Below, one piece after another: positions 50,901 through 61,845 of a DNA stretch of 64,000 nucleotides. Each line of letters begins with the position of its first letter. The first letter of the stretch is position 1. The position numbers and the translations under genes are program-made. Source of the stretch: Eledone cirrhosa (taxonomy: Eukaryota); the NCBI GenBank assembly GCA_964016885.1, contig OZ024748.1, positions 27,094,001-27,158,000 on the forward strand, given 5' to 3'. Below the pieces are notes generated by a model, which was not told the origin of the DNA, made no database searches, and was given only the letters and a program-made list of their open reading frames with translations.

Positions 50901-53492
50901 AGCCAGTAGGACAGACACTCACCCTACTGACACAGTGACAGCCAGTAGGGCAGACACTCACCCTACTGACACAGTGACAGACAGTAGGACAGACACTCAC
51001 CCTACTGACACAGTGACAGACAGTAGGACAGACACTCACCCTATTGACACAGTGACAGACAGTAGGAGAGACACTCACCCTACTGACACAGTGACAGCCA
51101 GTAGGGCAGACACTCACCCTACTGACACAGTGACAGACAGTAGGGCAGACACTCACTCTACTGACACAGTGACAGACAGTAGGGCAGACACTCACCCTAT
51201 TGACACAGTGACAGCCAGTAGGACAGACACTCACCCCACTGACACAGTGACAGACAGTAGGGCAGACACTCACCTTATTGACACAGTGACAGACAGTAGG
51301 ACAGACACTCACCCCACTGACACAGTGACAGACAGTAGGGCAGACACTCACCCTATTGACACAGTGACAGACAGTAGGGCAGACACTCACTCTACTGACA
51401 CAGTGACAGACAGTAGGGCAGACACTCACCCTATTGACACAGTGACAGACAGTAGGAGAGACACTCACCCTACTGACACAGTGACAGCCAGTAGGACAGA
51501 CACTCACCCTACTGACACAGTGACAGACAGTAGGACAGACACTCACCCCACTGACACAGTGACAGACAGTAGGGCAGACACTCACCCTATTGACACAGTG
51601 ACAGACAGTAGCACAGACACTCACTCTACTGACACAGTGACAGACAGTAGCACAGACACTCACCCTACTGACACAGTGACAGACAGTAGGACAGACACTC
51701 ACCCTATTGACACAGTGACAACCAGTAGGACAGACACTCACCCCACTGACACAGTGACAGGCAGTAGGGCAGACACTCACCCTATTGACACAGTGACAGA
51801 CAGTAGGACAGACACTCACCCTACTGACACAGTGACAGACAGTAGGGCAGACACTCACCCTATTGACACAGTGACAGACAGTAGGACAGACACTCACCCT
51901 ATTGACACAGTGACAGACAGTAGGACAGACACTCACCCTATTGACACAGTGACAGACAGTAGCACAGACACTCACCCTACTGACACAGTGACAGCCAGTA
52001 GGGCAGACACTCACTCTACTGACACAGTGACAGCCAGTAGGGCAGACACTCACCCTACTGACACAGTGACAACCAGTAGGACAGACACTCACCCTACTGA
52101 CACAGTGACAGACAGTAGGGCAGACACTCACCCTATTGACACAGTGACAGACAGTAGGGCAGACACTCACCCTATTGACACAGTGACAGCCAGTAGGACA
52201 GACACTCACCCTATTGACACAGTGACAGACAGTAGGACAGACACTCACCCTATTGACACAGTGACAACCAGTAGGAGAGACACTCACCCTACTGACACAG
52301 TGACAGCCAGTAGGGCAGACACTCACCCTATTGACACAGTGACAGACAGTAGGACAGACACTCACCCTATTGACACAGTGACAGACAGTAGGACAGACAC
52401 TCACCCTACTGACACAGTGACAGACAGTAGGGCAGACACTCAGCTTACTGACACAGTGACAGCCAGTAGGGCAGACACTCACTCTACTGACACAGTGACA
52501 GCCAGTAGGACAGACACTCAACCTACTGACACAGTGACAGACAGTAGGACAGACACTCACCCTACTGACACAGTGACAGCCAGTAGGACAGACACTCACC
52601 CTATTGACACAGTGACAGCCAGTAGGACAGATACTCACCCTATTGACACAGTGACACAGTGACAGCCAGTAGCACAGACACTCACCCTACTGACAGTGAC
52701 AGACAGTAGGACAGACACTCACCCTATTGACACAGTGACATAGTGACAGCCAGTAGGGCAGACACTCACCCTATTGACACAGTGACAGCCAGTAGGACAG
52801 ACACTCACCCTATTGACACAGTGACATAGTGACAGCCAGTAGGGCAGACACTCACCCTACTGACACAGTGACACAGTGACAGACAGTAGGACAGGCACTC
52901 ACCCTACTGACACAGTGACAGCCAGTAGCACAGACACTCACCCTATTGACACAGTGACATAGTGACAGCCAGTAGGGCAGACACTCACCCTACTGACACA
53001 GTGACAGCCAGTAGGGCAGACACTCACCCTATTGACACAGTGACAACCAGTAGGACAGACACTCACCCTATTGACACAGTGACAGACAGTAGGGCAGACA
53101 CTCACCCTACTGGCACAGTGACAGCCAGTAGGACAGACACTCACCCTACTGACACAGTGACAACCAGTAGGGCAGACACTCACCCTATTGACACAGTGAC
53201 AGACAGTAGGACAGACACTCACTCTACTGACACAGTGACAGCCAGTAGGACAGACACTCACCCTACTGACACAGTGACAACCAGTAGGAGAGACACTCAC
53301 CCTACTGACACAGTGACAGCCAGTAGGGCAGACACTCACCCTACTGACACAGTGACAGACAGTAGGGCAGACACTCACCCTACTGACACAGTGACAACCA
53401 GTAGGGCAGACACTCACCCTACTGGCACAGTGACAACCAGTAGGACAGACACTCACCCTACTGACACAGTGACACAGTGACAACCAGTAGGG
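41986..53492. repeat. Giant 39-bp minisatellite (~295 units), consensus GACACAGTGACAG(A/C)CAGTAGG(G/A)CAGACACTCACCCTA(C/T)T
   Basis: Direct periodicity (13-aa repeat in both long ORFs); interspersed variant units; 7-bp insertions only at the edges. Confidence 0.99.
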
Positions 53493-53880
53493 AACATTCC
53501 AGATGTCTTAGAGAGAAGAGAAAAGAAGAATTACATACATCACCTACCATTGTCATCACTATCATCATCATCATCATCGCTACCCCCCTCCACCAACCCC
53601 AGCATCATCATCATGCGCATGTGTCTTTCTCATTTGATGATGTGTATTGCTGAAGGGTGTAGACCATTAATCTGGTCCTCTTTTAGGTATGTTCTGCACC
53701 AATTTACAGATGCTCCCTTGCCATCACTATCATCATCACTATCATCAAGATCATCATCACCATTATCATCATCATCTTCATCTAAATCGTTTCTATTAAA
53801 CAATTTAACAAAGCTTGATTTTAAAACCATAAATATATTTTGTATTTCTTTAATCAGTTTACTTTTTATTTGAAATATTT

Positions 53881-53886
53881 AATAAA
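53881..53886 (+). terminator. Candidate poly(A) signal for CEP70 (first AATAAA after the stop; ATTAAA also at 53795)
   Basis: AATAAA followed by a GT/T-rich tract; no AATAAA or ATTAAA inside the array. Confidence 0.45.
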
Positions 53887-54189
53887 TTGTTTTAAAATGG
53901 AGTCTTTTGGAGTTTTTCTGTTAGTTAAGCCTGAATATGGTCAACCCAGTCCATAAAACTTGTAAACTAATGATGAAATGTGCAAATTAATAACAAATTT
54001 TGAGGGTGTTACTAAAATTATTCATTATTTCATTACTAAAATAGTAACTTTATATACAATTATGTTGGAAGATTTAATTTAAATAGGAGCCCTAGGAAAT
54101 AGTTGGCTTTGTTTCATAGGACCGGAGCCAGTTTTGGTCAGGTTGATAACAAAAGAGCTGAAATTAAATATTTTATTTAATACCTTCAT

Positions 54190-55020
54190 GATTGTCATGT
54201 GCAGCCGGATTGGAAGTGGTATCACGACTGGTGGGTGTAAAATCAGTCGACTGGAATTTGCAGACAACATGGTGTTACTTAACTCAACAGAAGGTGATCT
54301 CTGACTTGCACTTGATAGGTTTGATGCTGGGTGCTGCATTGCTGGGATGAAAATCATTGCTGCGAAAACTGAGACACTCGACCTCAAGGAAGCCTGCACA
54401 GTGCACTCTACATGTGAATGGAGTTCCACTGAAGCAGGTGAATAAGTTCAAGTATCTCGGGCTGTGTTCATGAGTGATGGAAAGCAGGAAGATGAATTAA
54501 GTGTAAGAATTGCTTGCACTGTTAATGTTCCAGCTTCAGCATTCGGTAATCAGAAGGGAGTTAGGTGTAAAAGCCAAACTCGCTATCTTTAATTTGGTAT
54601 TCATGCCAACCCTTAACTATGGTCATGAATCTTGGGTAATGACCGAAAAAATACAATCACGAATAAAATTGGCCGAAATGAAATTCCTCCAAAGGGTCCT
54701 TGGAGTAATGTTACTCGATGGTGCATAGCTTGGAGATCAAAGAGTCACTCCAGGTAGAGCTGCTACTTCTCCGAATTAAGAGATCACAGCTCCGATACTA
54801 TGGGCATGTGGTTAGAATGTCTCAGGAAAGAATTGTTGGACAGATTTTACAGGCAAAACCAACAGGTAGTAGACCCTGAGCAAAATGGCTGGATAATATC
54901 CTTGAGCTTGGCTGGTCTCACTTGGGGACCCAACCAGATCAGTTGGAGATGGTTACATCTGGTAGGACCCACTGGAAGGAGTGTTTGAGGACACTGCCCT
55001 CCACCCCTCCTCAGGAATAA
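54190..55020 (+). mobile_element. RTE-like LINE RT and 3' fragment
   Basis: LEFADNMVL, FKYLG, PTLNYGHESWVMTEK; 3' end similar to 21120-21470. Confidence 0.8.
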
Positions 55021-57229
55021 GTGGACGAAGAAGAAGCTTTCAATATGAAACCACCTGAGATCACTCCTCATTCTATCATACAAAACTGTTTATTTGAAAG
55101 TGTCTATATTTATTTAAGAGCCTTGGTTAAGTTATCTTCTAAACATCAGCTTAATAATTGTTTCTACTTTAGGCACAAGGCCAGCAATTACCCAGTGCAT
55201 TACTGGTACTTTATTTTATCGACCTCGTAAGGATGAAAGGCTAAGTCAACCTTGGCGGGATTTGAACTCAGATCGTAAAGGGACGTAACTATGATGGAAA
55301 GCATGGCGTCCGACTCTCTACCGATACTGCCAAATGGTTTAAGATTTAGGCATAAGACCAACAATTTGGGGGGAAGGGGGAGTGCTACTGGTACTTTATC
55401 TTATCGACCCCCGTAAGGATGAAAGGCAAAGTTAACCTTGGCGGGATTTGAACTTAGACCATAAAGGGCCGTAACTCTATGCTTCAAAGCATGGTGTCCA
55501 ACTCTCTACCGATACTGCCAATCCACCATAATGAGAATGATACATGCATTGGTAATTCTCTCGGAATTCTTGAAAATCATAGACTGTGTTTATTAGAAAT
55601 ATTGTAAAAATGGGGCTTAAAAGATGGATTGATGAACAGAATTGCTTATTGATTTCTGTTTATTGGCATACTTTTGTCAAAACTGTTATTGAGTACTACT
55701 ACTACTACTACTATAGATGTGAGCAGTATCAGCAGTAATCACACCACACCTGTGGAAAAAAAGGTAGTGTTGGAGAAGTGGAAGGTACCAGTGACAGTCA
55801 CATATGTTGACTCACTTCAACAAAAATCCATTCAATGATTATATTTATTTTTATTTTTAAAATTTAATTTTTGTATTGTTTAGTGACAGGAGGGCAGAAT
55901 GACTTGACAAGAGATGTCAATGTCCTCTACAAATTGAAACAAAGGAGAGGAGTGTGTTTCAGTGCAGAATTAGTGAAGCAAGACATCAGCATAGTAGAGG
56001 TGGAGCGAAGGTTACAGTGTGTGGGTTTGAGGGGGAGAAAGTGGACTTGAAGAGGAGGTGTGAACTTGTTAAATTCAATGGAAGAGAAGTCACAGTAGAA
56101 GAGACAAAGAAAAAGAAAACAGCATGTTTGTAGAAATGTTTTAGTGACTAGAAGTATACAGTAATTGTTTCTACAGCAACTATCAGTACATTACTGGTAC
56201 TTTATTTTATTGACCCCGTAGGGATAAAAAGGCAAAGTTAACCTCCACGAAGCATAAGATAGATAATAAACAGGCTTTACATCAGAAAATGTTTTTTTCT
56301 TTTGGGTGTCAGAGACAACATTCCCCTGTTTAACACCACCATCTGGCCCTGGGTGTCTTTAGTAGAGTATACCCTTTCCCAATGCACTAGGGGTGGATAT
56401 ATTGTCTTTAATGCGTTGAAATAACCGAGATCCCAGCAGACAACTGGATTTCCAAACAGAACTTGAACCGCAAAAAGCAGAAAAGGAAAAAGAAAAAGAA
56501 AAATTTAGCTCCACACATGTCAACAAGCACACAAAACACATGCACAGCAAACTCAGGCACACCTACAACAACACCAACACCACAACCGCCAACAACACGA
56601 ACACAACCATAAACCATGCCCAACAAAAGAAAACACATCTAGACACCAACAACAACAGACACATCCAACTTCATGTTACTAAGAAAGGCCAACAAAAAAC
56701 TCATGCCCCTTGTAACATGAAGTCATGATATTGAGAAAGAAGGAGAGATTTTTGGCACCTGCACCTTCAAAGTGCCCCAAACACTGCTGATGGTCTTGGT
56801 GATGGTGGTGTGTGGTAGTGTTAGTGGTGGTGGTGGTGGTGTGCTGGTGTTGGTGATGGTGGTGTTAGTGGTGGTGGTGGTGTGGTGGTGTTAGTGGTAG
56901 TGGTGTTAGTGGTGGTGGTGTGTGGTAGTGTTAGTGGTGGTGGTGGGGAACGGTAAGTGTAGATTGTGGTAGGGGAATGGTAAGTGTAGATTGTGGTAAG
57001 GGAATGGTAAGTGTAGATTGTGGTAGTTAATTGACAATATCTACCCAATATTTTTTCATTAGAATTTGAGTGTAAAGTAAATATATTCTTACTGAATTTA
57101 TTTAATAAATTCAATACAATACATTTTAAAATACGAAAATATTGCTGAAAACTGACATTTAGGGCTGTCTTATACGCCTAGTCGCTTTGTACTCCAGCAT
57201 ATATGGTATATATATATATCTCTATATAT

Positions 57230-57345
57230 ATAGGAAAATGTTTGACCCCGATGGTAGAGCTCAAGCCGTTTCAAAGGCTATTTCTGGACATAAATAGCCG
57301 TCGAAACGGCTTGAACTCTGCTGTCGGGGTCAAACATTTTCCTAT
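57230..57345. repeat. Near-perfect 54-bp-arm palindrome (collapsed TIR element); a third arm copy at 61010-61067
   Basis: ATAGGAAAATGTTTGACCCCGA...GGCTATTT ctggacat AAATAGCC...TCGGGGTCAAACATTTTCCTAT, 6 mismatches. Confidence 0.9.
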
Positions 57346-57564
57346 TACCCACTCTACTACCCTAAGTATTGAGTACTCTGGTGCATTATGGTCCATCTGG
57401 TTCCTTACCACACCTCCTTCGTTATATATATATATCAGGGATGACCTGCCATTACAATAACACAGAATCAGTGGGCCATCCCCAAATCAAAATCAGTCCC
57501 CTACTTTCTATTTTTTATTCTATGTGTTCGCGAAAAATCTGTATTTAACACTAATTCTGCAATT

Positions 57565-57638
57565 AACACCTGATGAAATTGCCTGGGTCTTGCATCATAT
57601 TCAGATGAAGCTGGGCCATTGAAATATGTAGAGTGTTT
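57565..57638 (+). ncRNA. Hammerhead-like motif with long stem II
   Basis: AACAC-CTGATGA-AATTGCCTGG...CTGGGCCATT-GAAA-TATGTA-GAGTGTT. Confidence 0.45.
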
Positions 57639-57749
57639 TCACAGGATTAAAATTATAAAGTTTCCAGTCCAGCTTTCTGTTGTTATTTTTCCATTTCCGC
57701 CTTGCTCGTCTCCTCAATCTTTCTATTTCTTCTTTAATTTCTCATTTTA

Positions 57750-57785
57750 TCTTCTGATGAAGGACTGGCGTCCGAAACGTTAAGA
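57750..57785 (+). ncRNA. Minimal hammerhead ribozyme motif (Penelope type)
   Basis: TCTT-CTGATGA-A-GGAC-tggc-GTCC-GAAA-CGTT-AAGA. Confidence 0.65.
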
Positions 57786-57857
57786 CTCTTTTCCTACTAT
57801 ATATTTCTTCTTTGCACTGTGCAATTTGCTTTGCTATTTCTGTTTGCCTTTTGACAC

Positions 57858-57915
<58 letters not shown>

Positions 57916-59539
57916 TTTTAATACTTTAGTGTTAAAGAATAAAGACTATTGATAAAATAAAAATATATTTTAAAACCTGAGGCCCCTGAGGGTGTGAGGC
58001 CTTGAGCTATAAGTAAATCTGACATTTCTGGAGTGAATTAGGGTTTGCTGATAATTCATGCTGGCAGTTTTGTTCACCACACAAACTATTGATTGATATA
58101 CATTGAACCTCCATCAGTTCCAACAAGTGTTCCAGTTGTTTGATCAATTGTTCAACCTGTTCATGAAATTAATGTGCATGTGGTTGAGTATTCCACAGAC
58201 ATGTGTACCCTTTACATAGTTCTAAGTGAAATTTAATTTGACATACTTTATGACAAAATGGCCCTTTCCTTTTGAATTACAAGCGCACAGTCCAACTTGT
58301 ATTATAGTACAAATGACTGAGTATTCCAAGGACAAGTGTATCTTTAATGTGATTCTCAGGGAAATTGTGACATAAGTGTATAACAAGGCTAGCCCAATGA
58401 ATTTAATTTTTCCAGTTGTGCAGACTGGAGCAACATGAAATAAAGTAGCTTGTTGAAGGACACAACACTGGAAATCAAGCTCATGATTTAATGATCATGA
58501 GCCAAACACTTTAACCTCTAAGCCATGTAACTTCATGTTGACTGATAACCTCAGTCAAAGTTTGTTGAATGTTAAACATAGCTTTTATCTTCTTAATTAA
58601 AAGATGTATTAAATTCTTTTAAACACACCTGAAATTTAATTAGCTGATATGATTAAATTACTAACGTTAACTTTGTAGTGTATATTTACAAGATTTTTAT
58701 GAACACATGTTGTAGGTATGTGGCTTAGTAGTTAGGGTGTTCAACTCATGATTGTAAGGTTGTGGGTTTGATTCTCAGCAGTATAGTGTCTTTGAGCTAG
58801 ACACTTTATTTTTAATGTTGATCTAGTACACTCAATTAGAAAAAAATAGTTGTATCTGTAATTCAAAAGGCCTACCTTGTCACACAGCGTGTTAAAGAGT
58901 AGAGACGGTTCTCCAGTGGAATGTTCAGCCTCATGCATGTTAATTTCACAAGCAAGTTGTTCAGTTAATCAAACAACTAGAACACTCATTAACAGAACCA
59001 AGAGAAGTCCAACAACAACAACAACAGCAACAACAACAACATCTACAATGTCATCAATATTGTAAATACACTCCTAAAAGATGGGGTTAGTAGTCTAGAG
59101 AGGCGGCAAATTAGTAGAGTCATTAGAACATTAGATAGAATGCTTGGTGGTATTCATTCTGGTTCTCTTCCGGTTTGATTTCAAATCCTGCTGAGGTCAA
59201 TTTTGCCTTTCATTCTTTTGAGGTAGATAAAGAAAGTGTCAGTCCAGCAATGGGGTTGATTCTTTTCCTCTATATCTCTCTATTTCTCTGGAAGAAATTA
59301 GCTGTGTTCAGGAGATGGGGGTACATACATACATAATTGTATTAATATATATATATAAACATATATATAAAAAATGTGGGTAATATTAAATAATAAATAT
59401 TTGATGATGATATCCAATTACAAGTATGAGAGTAGCTCAATGTAAAATAACAAATATAAATACATACATAATAAAATTATAACTGTCAAGACTATTTTAT
59501 GTTTGTATTTATATTTGTTATACCTCCCCTCTACAGCAA

Positions 59540-60850
59540 AATGGACTGTATGCAAGGAAGAAATGAAATTAAAAGCCAGCGAAACTGGTCAAAGATAGAA
59601 CTAGAGGTTTTGATCAAGGGGTGGAACCTGGCTGATGGGTCACCACCAAGCAAAAAGGTTGCAGAGACTCTGAAGATCCATGGCTTTCTGAGGACTTTGG
59701 CGCAGATAGACAGAAAAAAAAGGAAGAGAAATTGAGAGGGCCTATGTTCTCATAGGGCCACACATGGCCATGCTAAGCTGTGCCCTCAAGGAAGAGAAAA
59801 ACGGCGAGAAAGAAAAAGAAGAGGAAGAAAGCACAAGCACGAACATGAAAGAAAATGAGATACTCGCCGCCACAGTCAGGGAAGGCAGGCCGGGCAAACA
59901 ACAGGTAAAGGTGAGAAGCGAAATCACCTTCCGAAAGATAACCAAGCAAAGAGGGACCAGTGGACAACTGTCCAAAGGAAGAACAGAAGGCGCCGAGACA
60001 CTGGGAGCAAGCAAACCCAGGTAACGTGCAAGTTCTTCAGAAATGGGACCTGTTAGCATGGAGAAACAGGGACAGGCTGTAGAATCGCTCACTCCAGGCC
60101 CCAAGCGAACTATGCCCAACCTATTCACACAACATGCCTCAGCCAAAACCAGAACCGATGCAAGCTGCCCCAGAAGTATGCTGATGTTTTCAGAAGTATG
60201 CATCGTTTTCAGAGCCAGGGTCACTCACACCAGCACTCGAAACCACCACAATTAAGGGACCTAGGGTGGCCGCCACTGACACCAGGCCAGGTGTCACACC
60301 GACACCAGGCCAGGTGTCACACCGACAGCCATTGCTGACACCTCAAATGTCACACCAGTGCTGCTGCTGAATGTCAGAGACCTGGTGAAACTCACTAACA
60401 TAAGTAAAATTTCCTACCTGGGAGACTTAGCCATAAGCAATCAAGCACTATGCATGGCACTAACCGAAACGCACCTGACAAGCAGTATAGCAGATGCGGA
60501 AATACATATACCAAAATATACTGTATTTCATTTGGACAGGAAGGAGAGAACTCATGGTGGGGTTGCTCTGTATATCCGTGAAGATGTCACACCAATTGTA
60601 CTGTTGACACATTGATAGTACATATGAAACAATTAAAGACAGTAATGCCCCCAGTCATGAGGGTAAATTTGAGGATAGCCTCAGTAGGATAGAAGAGGTC
60701 CTTGACAAACTGGACCAGGGTCGCAACATTCTACTGCTGGGAGACATCGACCTGCCAAAGGTCAAATGGCCTGAGGGCCACCTCCTCCCTGGAATGACAT
60801 CACTAGAACAGAGACAGACGGAGTCCCCGCTAGCCCTCACACACAGGCTA
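59540..60850 (+). mobile_element. CR1/L2-like LINE 5' portion (ORF1 remnants plus APE endonuclease), 3'-truncated
   Basis: CCCH-like CKFFRNGTC*HGETGTGCRIAH; APE motifs LLNVR, LTETHL, DRKERTHGGVALYI, LLGDIDLPKVKW. Confidence 0.8.
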
Positions 60851-61149
60851 GCTAGAAAGCAGGCGAAAAAAAAAAAAGAATTCTGGAGGAATCTGAGAGT
60901 GGGAAGTTATAAATTTAAAAACTTAAAAAGTTAGTAAATTAAAATAAAAAAATAAAAAAATAATAAAGAAAAGTTCGACTATTTATTACCACGCTAAAAA
61001 TCTAATTTAGTCCAGAAATAGCCGTCGAAACGGCTTGAGCTCTCCCGTCAGGGTCTTGAACATTTTTCTGTGTCGGCCATCACAAAGTCATAGCCGGCAT
61101 GGGCTGGGGTTTGGATTCTGTCGATAGATTGGTTATTTATTAGGCGATA

Positions 61150-61260
61150 CCCGGTGATGAAGCCACATGCGCTGATTATGCATTGTTGCATAATATATGC
61201 AGACAGAGGGTGCAGTGCACCCTATTGCTGCATTAAGTGTGGTCGAAACTCGAGTCCGGG
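61150..61260 (+). ncRNA. Hammerhead-like motif with palindromic stem III
   Basis: CCCG-GTGATGA-AGCCACAT...GTGTGGTC-GAAA-CTCGAG-TC-CGGG; core position C3 is G. Confidence 0.5.
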
Positions 61261-61488
61261 AACTACTATAGGCACCCGTTTTGCGTGTGTTGTATTGAAG
61301 CGAATAACTATGTGTATACTGTGGGAATGTATCCTACATTACCTATTGAGTACGCTGAGATACAACCGGTCCTGGCATTGATAAATATGCTGGGTCCGTC
61401 AACTCCTTATTATATATATATAATAAGGAACTTGAACCGTTAAGGTCTGATTCCTGGGTATGTCACTATTTATAAAACAAACTTTGTA

Positions 61489-61546
61489 TTTTATCTGATG
61501 AGAGCGTACCAAAGTTTTGGTATCCTTGAAATATATATAATAGAAT
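61489..61546 (+). ncRNA. Minimal hammerhead ribozyme motif with palindromic stem III
   Basis: TTTTAT-CTGATGA-GAGCGTACCAAA-gt-TTTGGTATCCTT-GAAA-TATATA-TA-ATAGAA. Confidence 0.6.
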
Positions 61547-61588
61547 AAATATGGTTTTATAAATATAGTTTCCGTTTATTATTATCAT

Positions 61589-61692
<104 letters not shown>

Positions 61693-61845
61693 TGAACCTA
61701 ATAAACTTTTATTTGTACTGCCTCTCTGTTTTTGTTCCCGTCCAAATTTTCACTATATATATATATATCAAGGGCGGTGCCCCAGCATGGCCTCAGCCGG
61801 ATGGCTGAAACAGGTAAAAGAGTATATATGCAAATATATACATAC

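Noticed and set aside
42016-52662. 3548-aa Thr/Asp-rich mucin-like ORF as a gene or a CEP70 readthrough extension
   Set aside because: No ATG start or signal peptide. It is in frame with CEP70 but separated by two stops (TAA 41977, TGA 42001), and most common variants are non-synonymous in this frame.
41986-53492. CRISPR array
   Set aside because: Units are palindromic but there are no unique spacers and no cas genes, and the context is eukaryotic.
56300-56760. Possible exon of a third gene
   Set aside because: No recognisable homology or consistent splice partners; flanked by SINEs and simple repeats.
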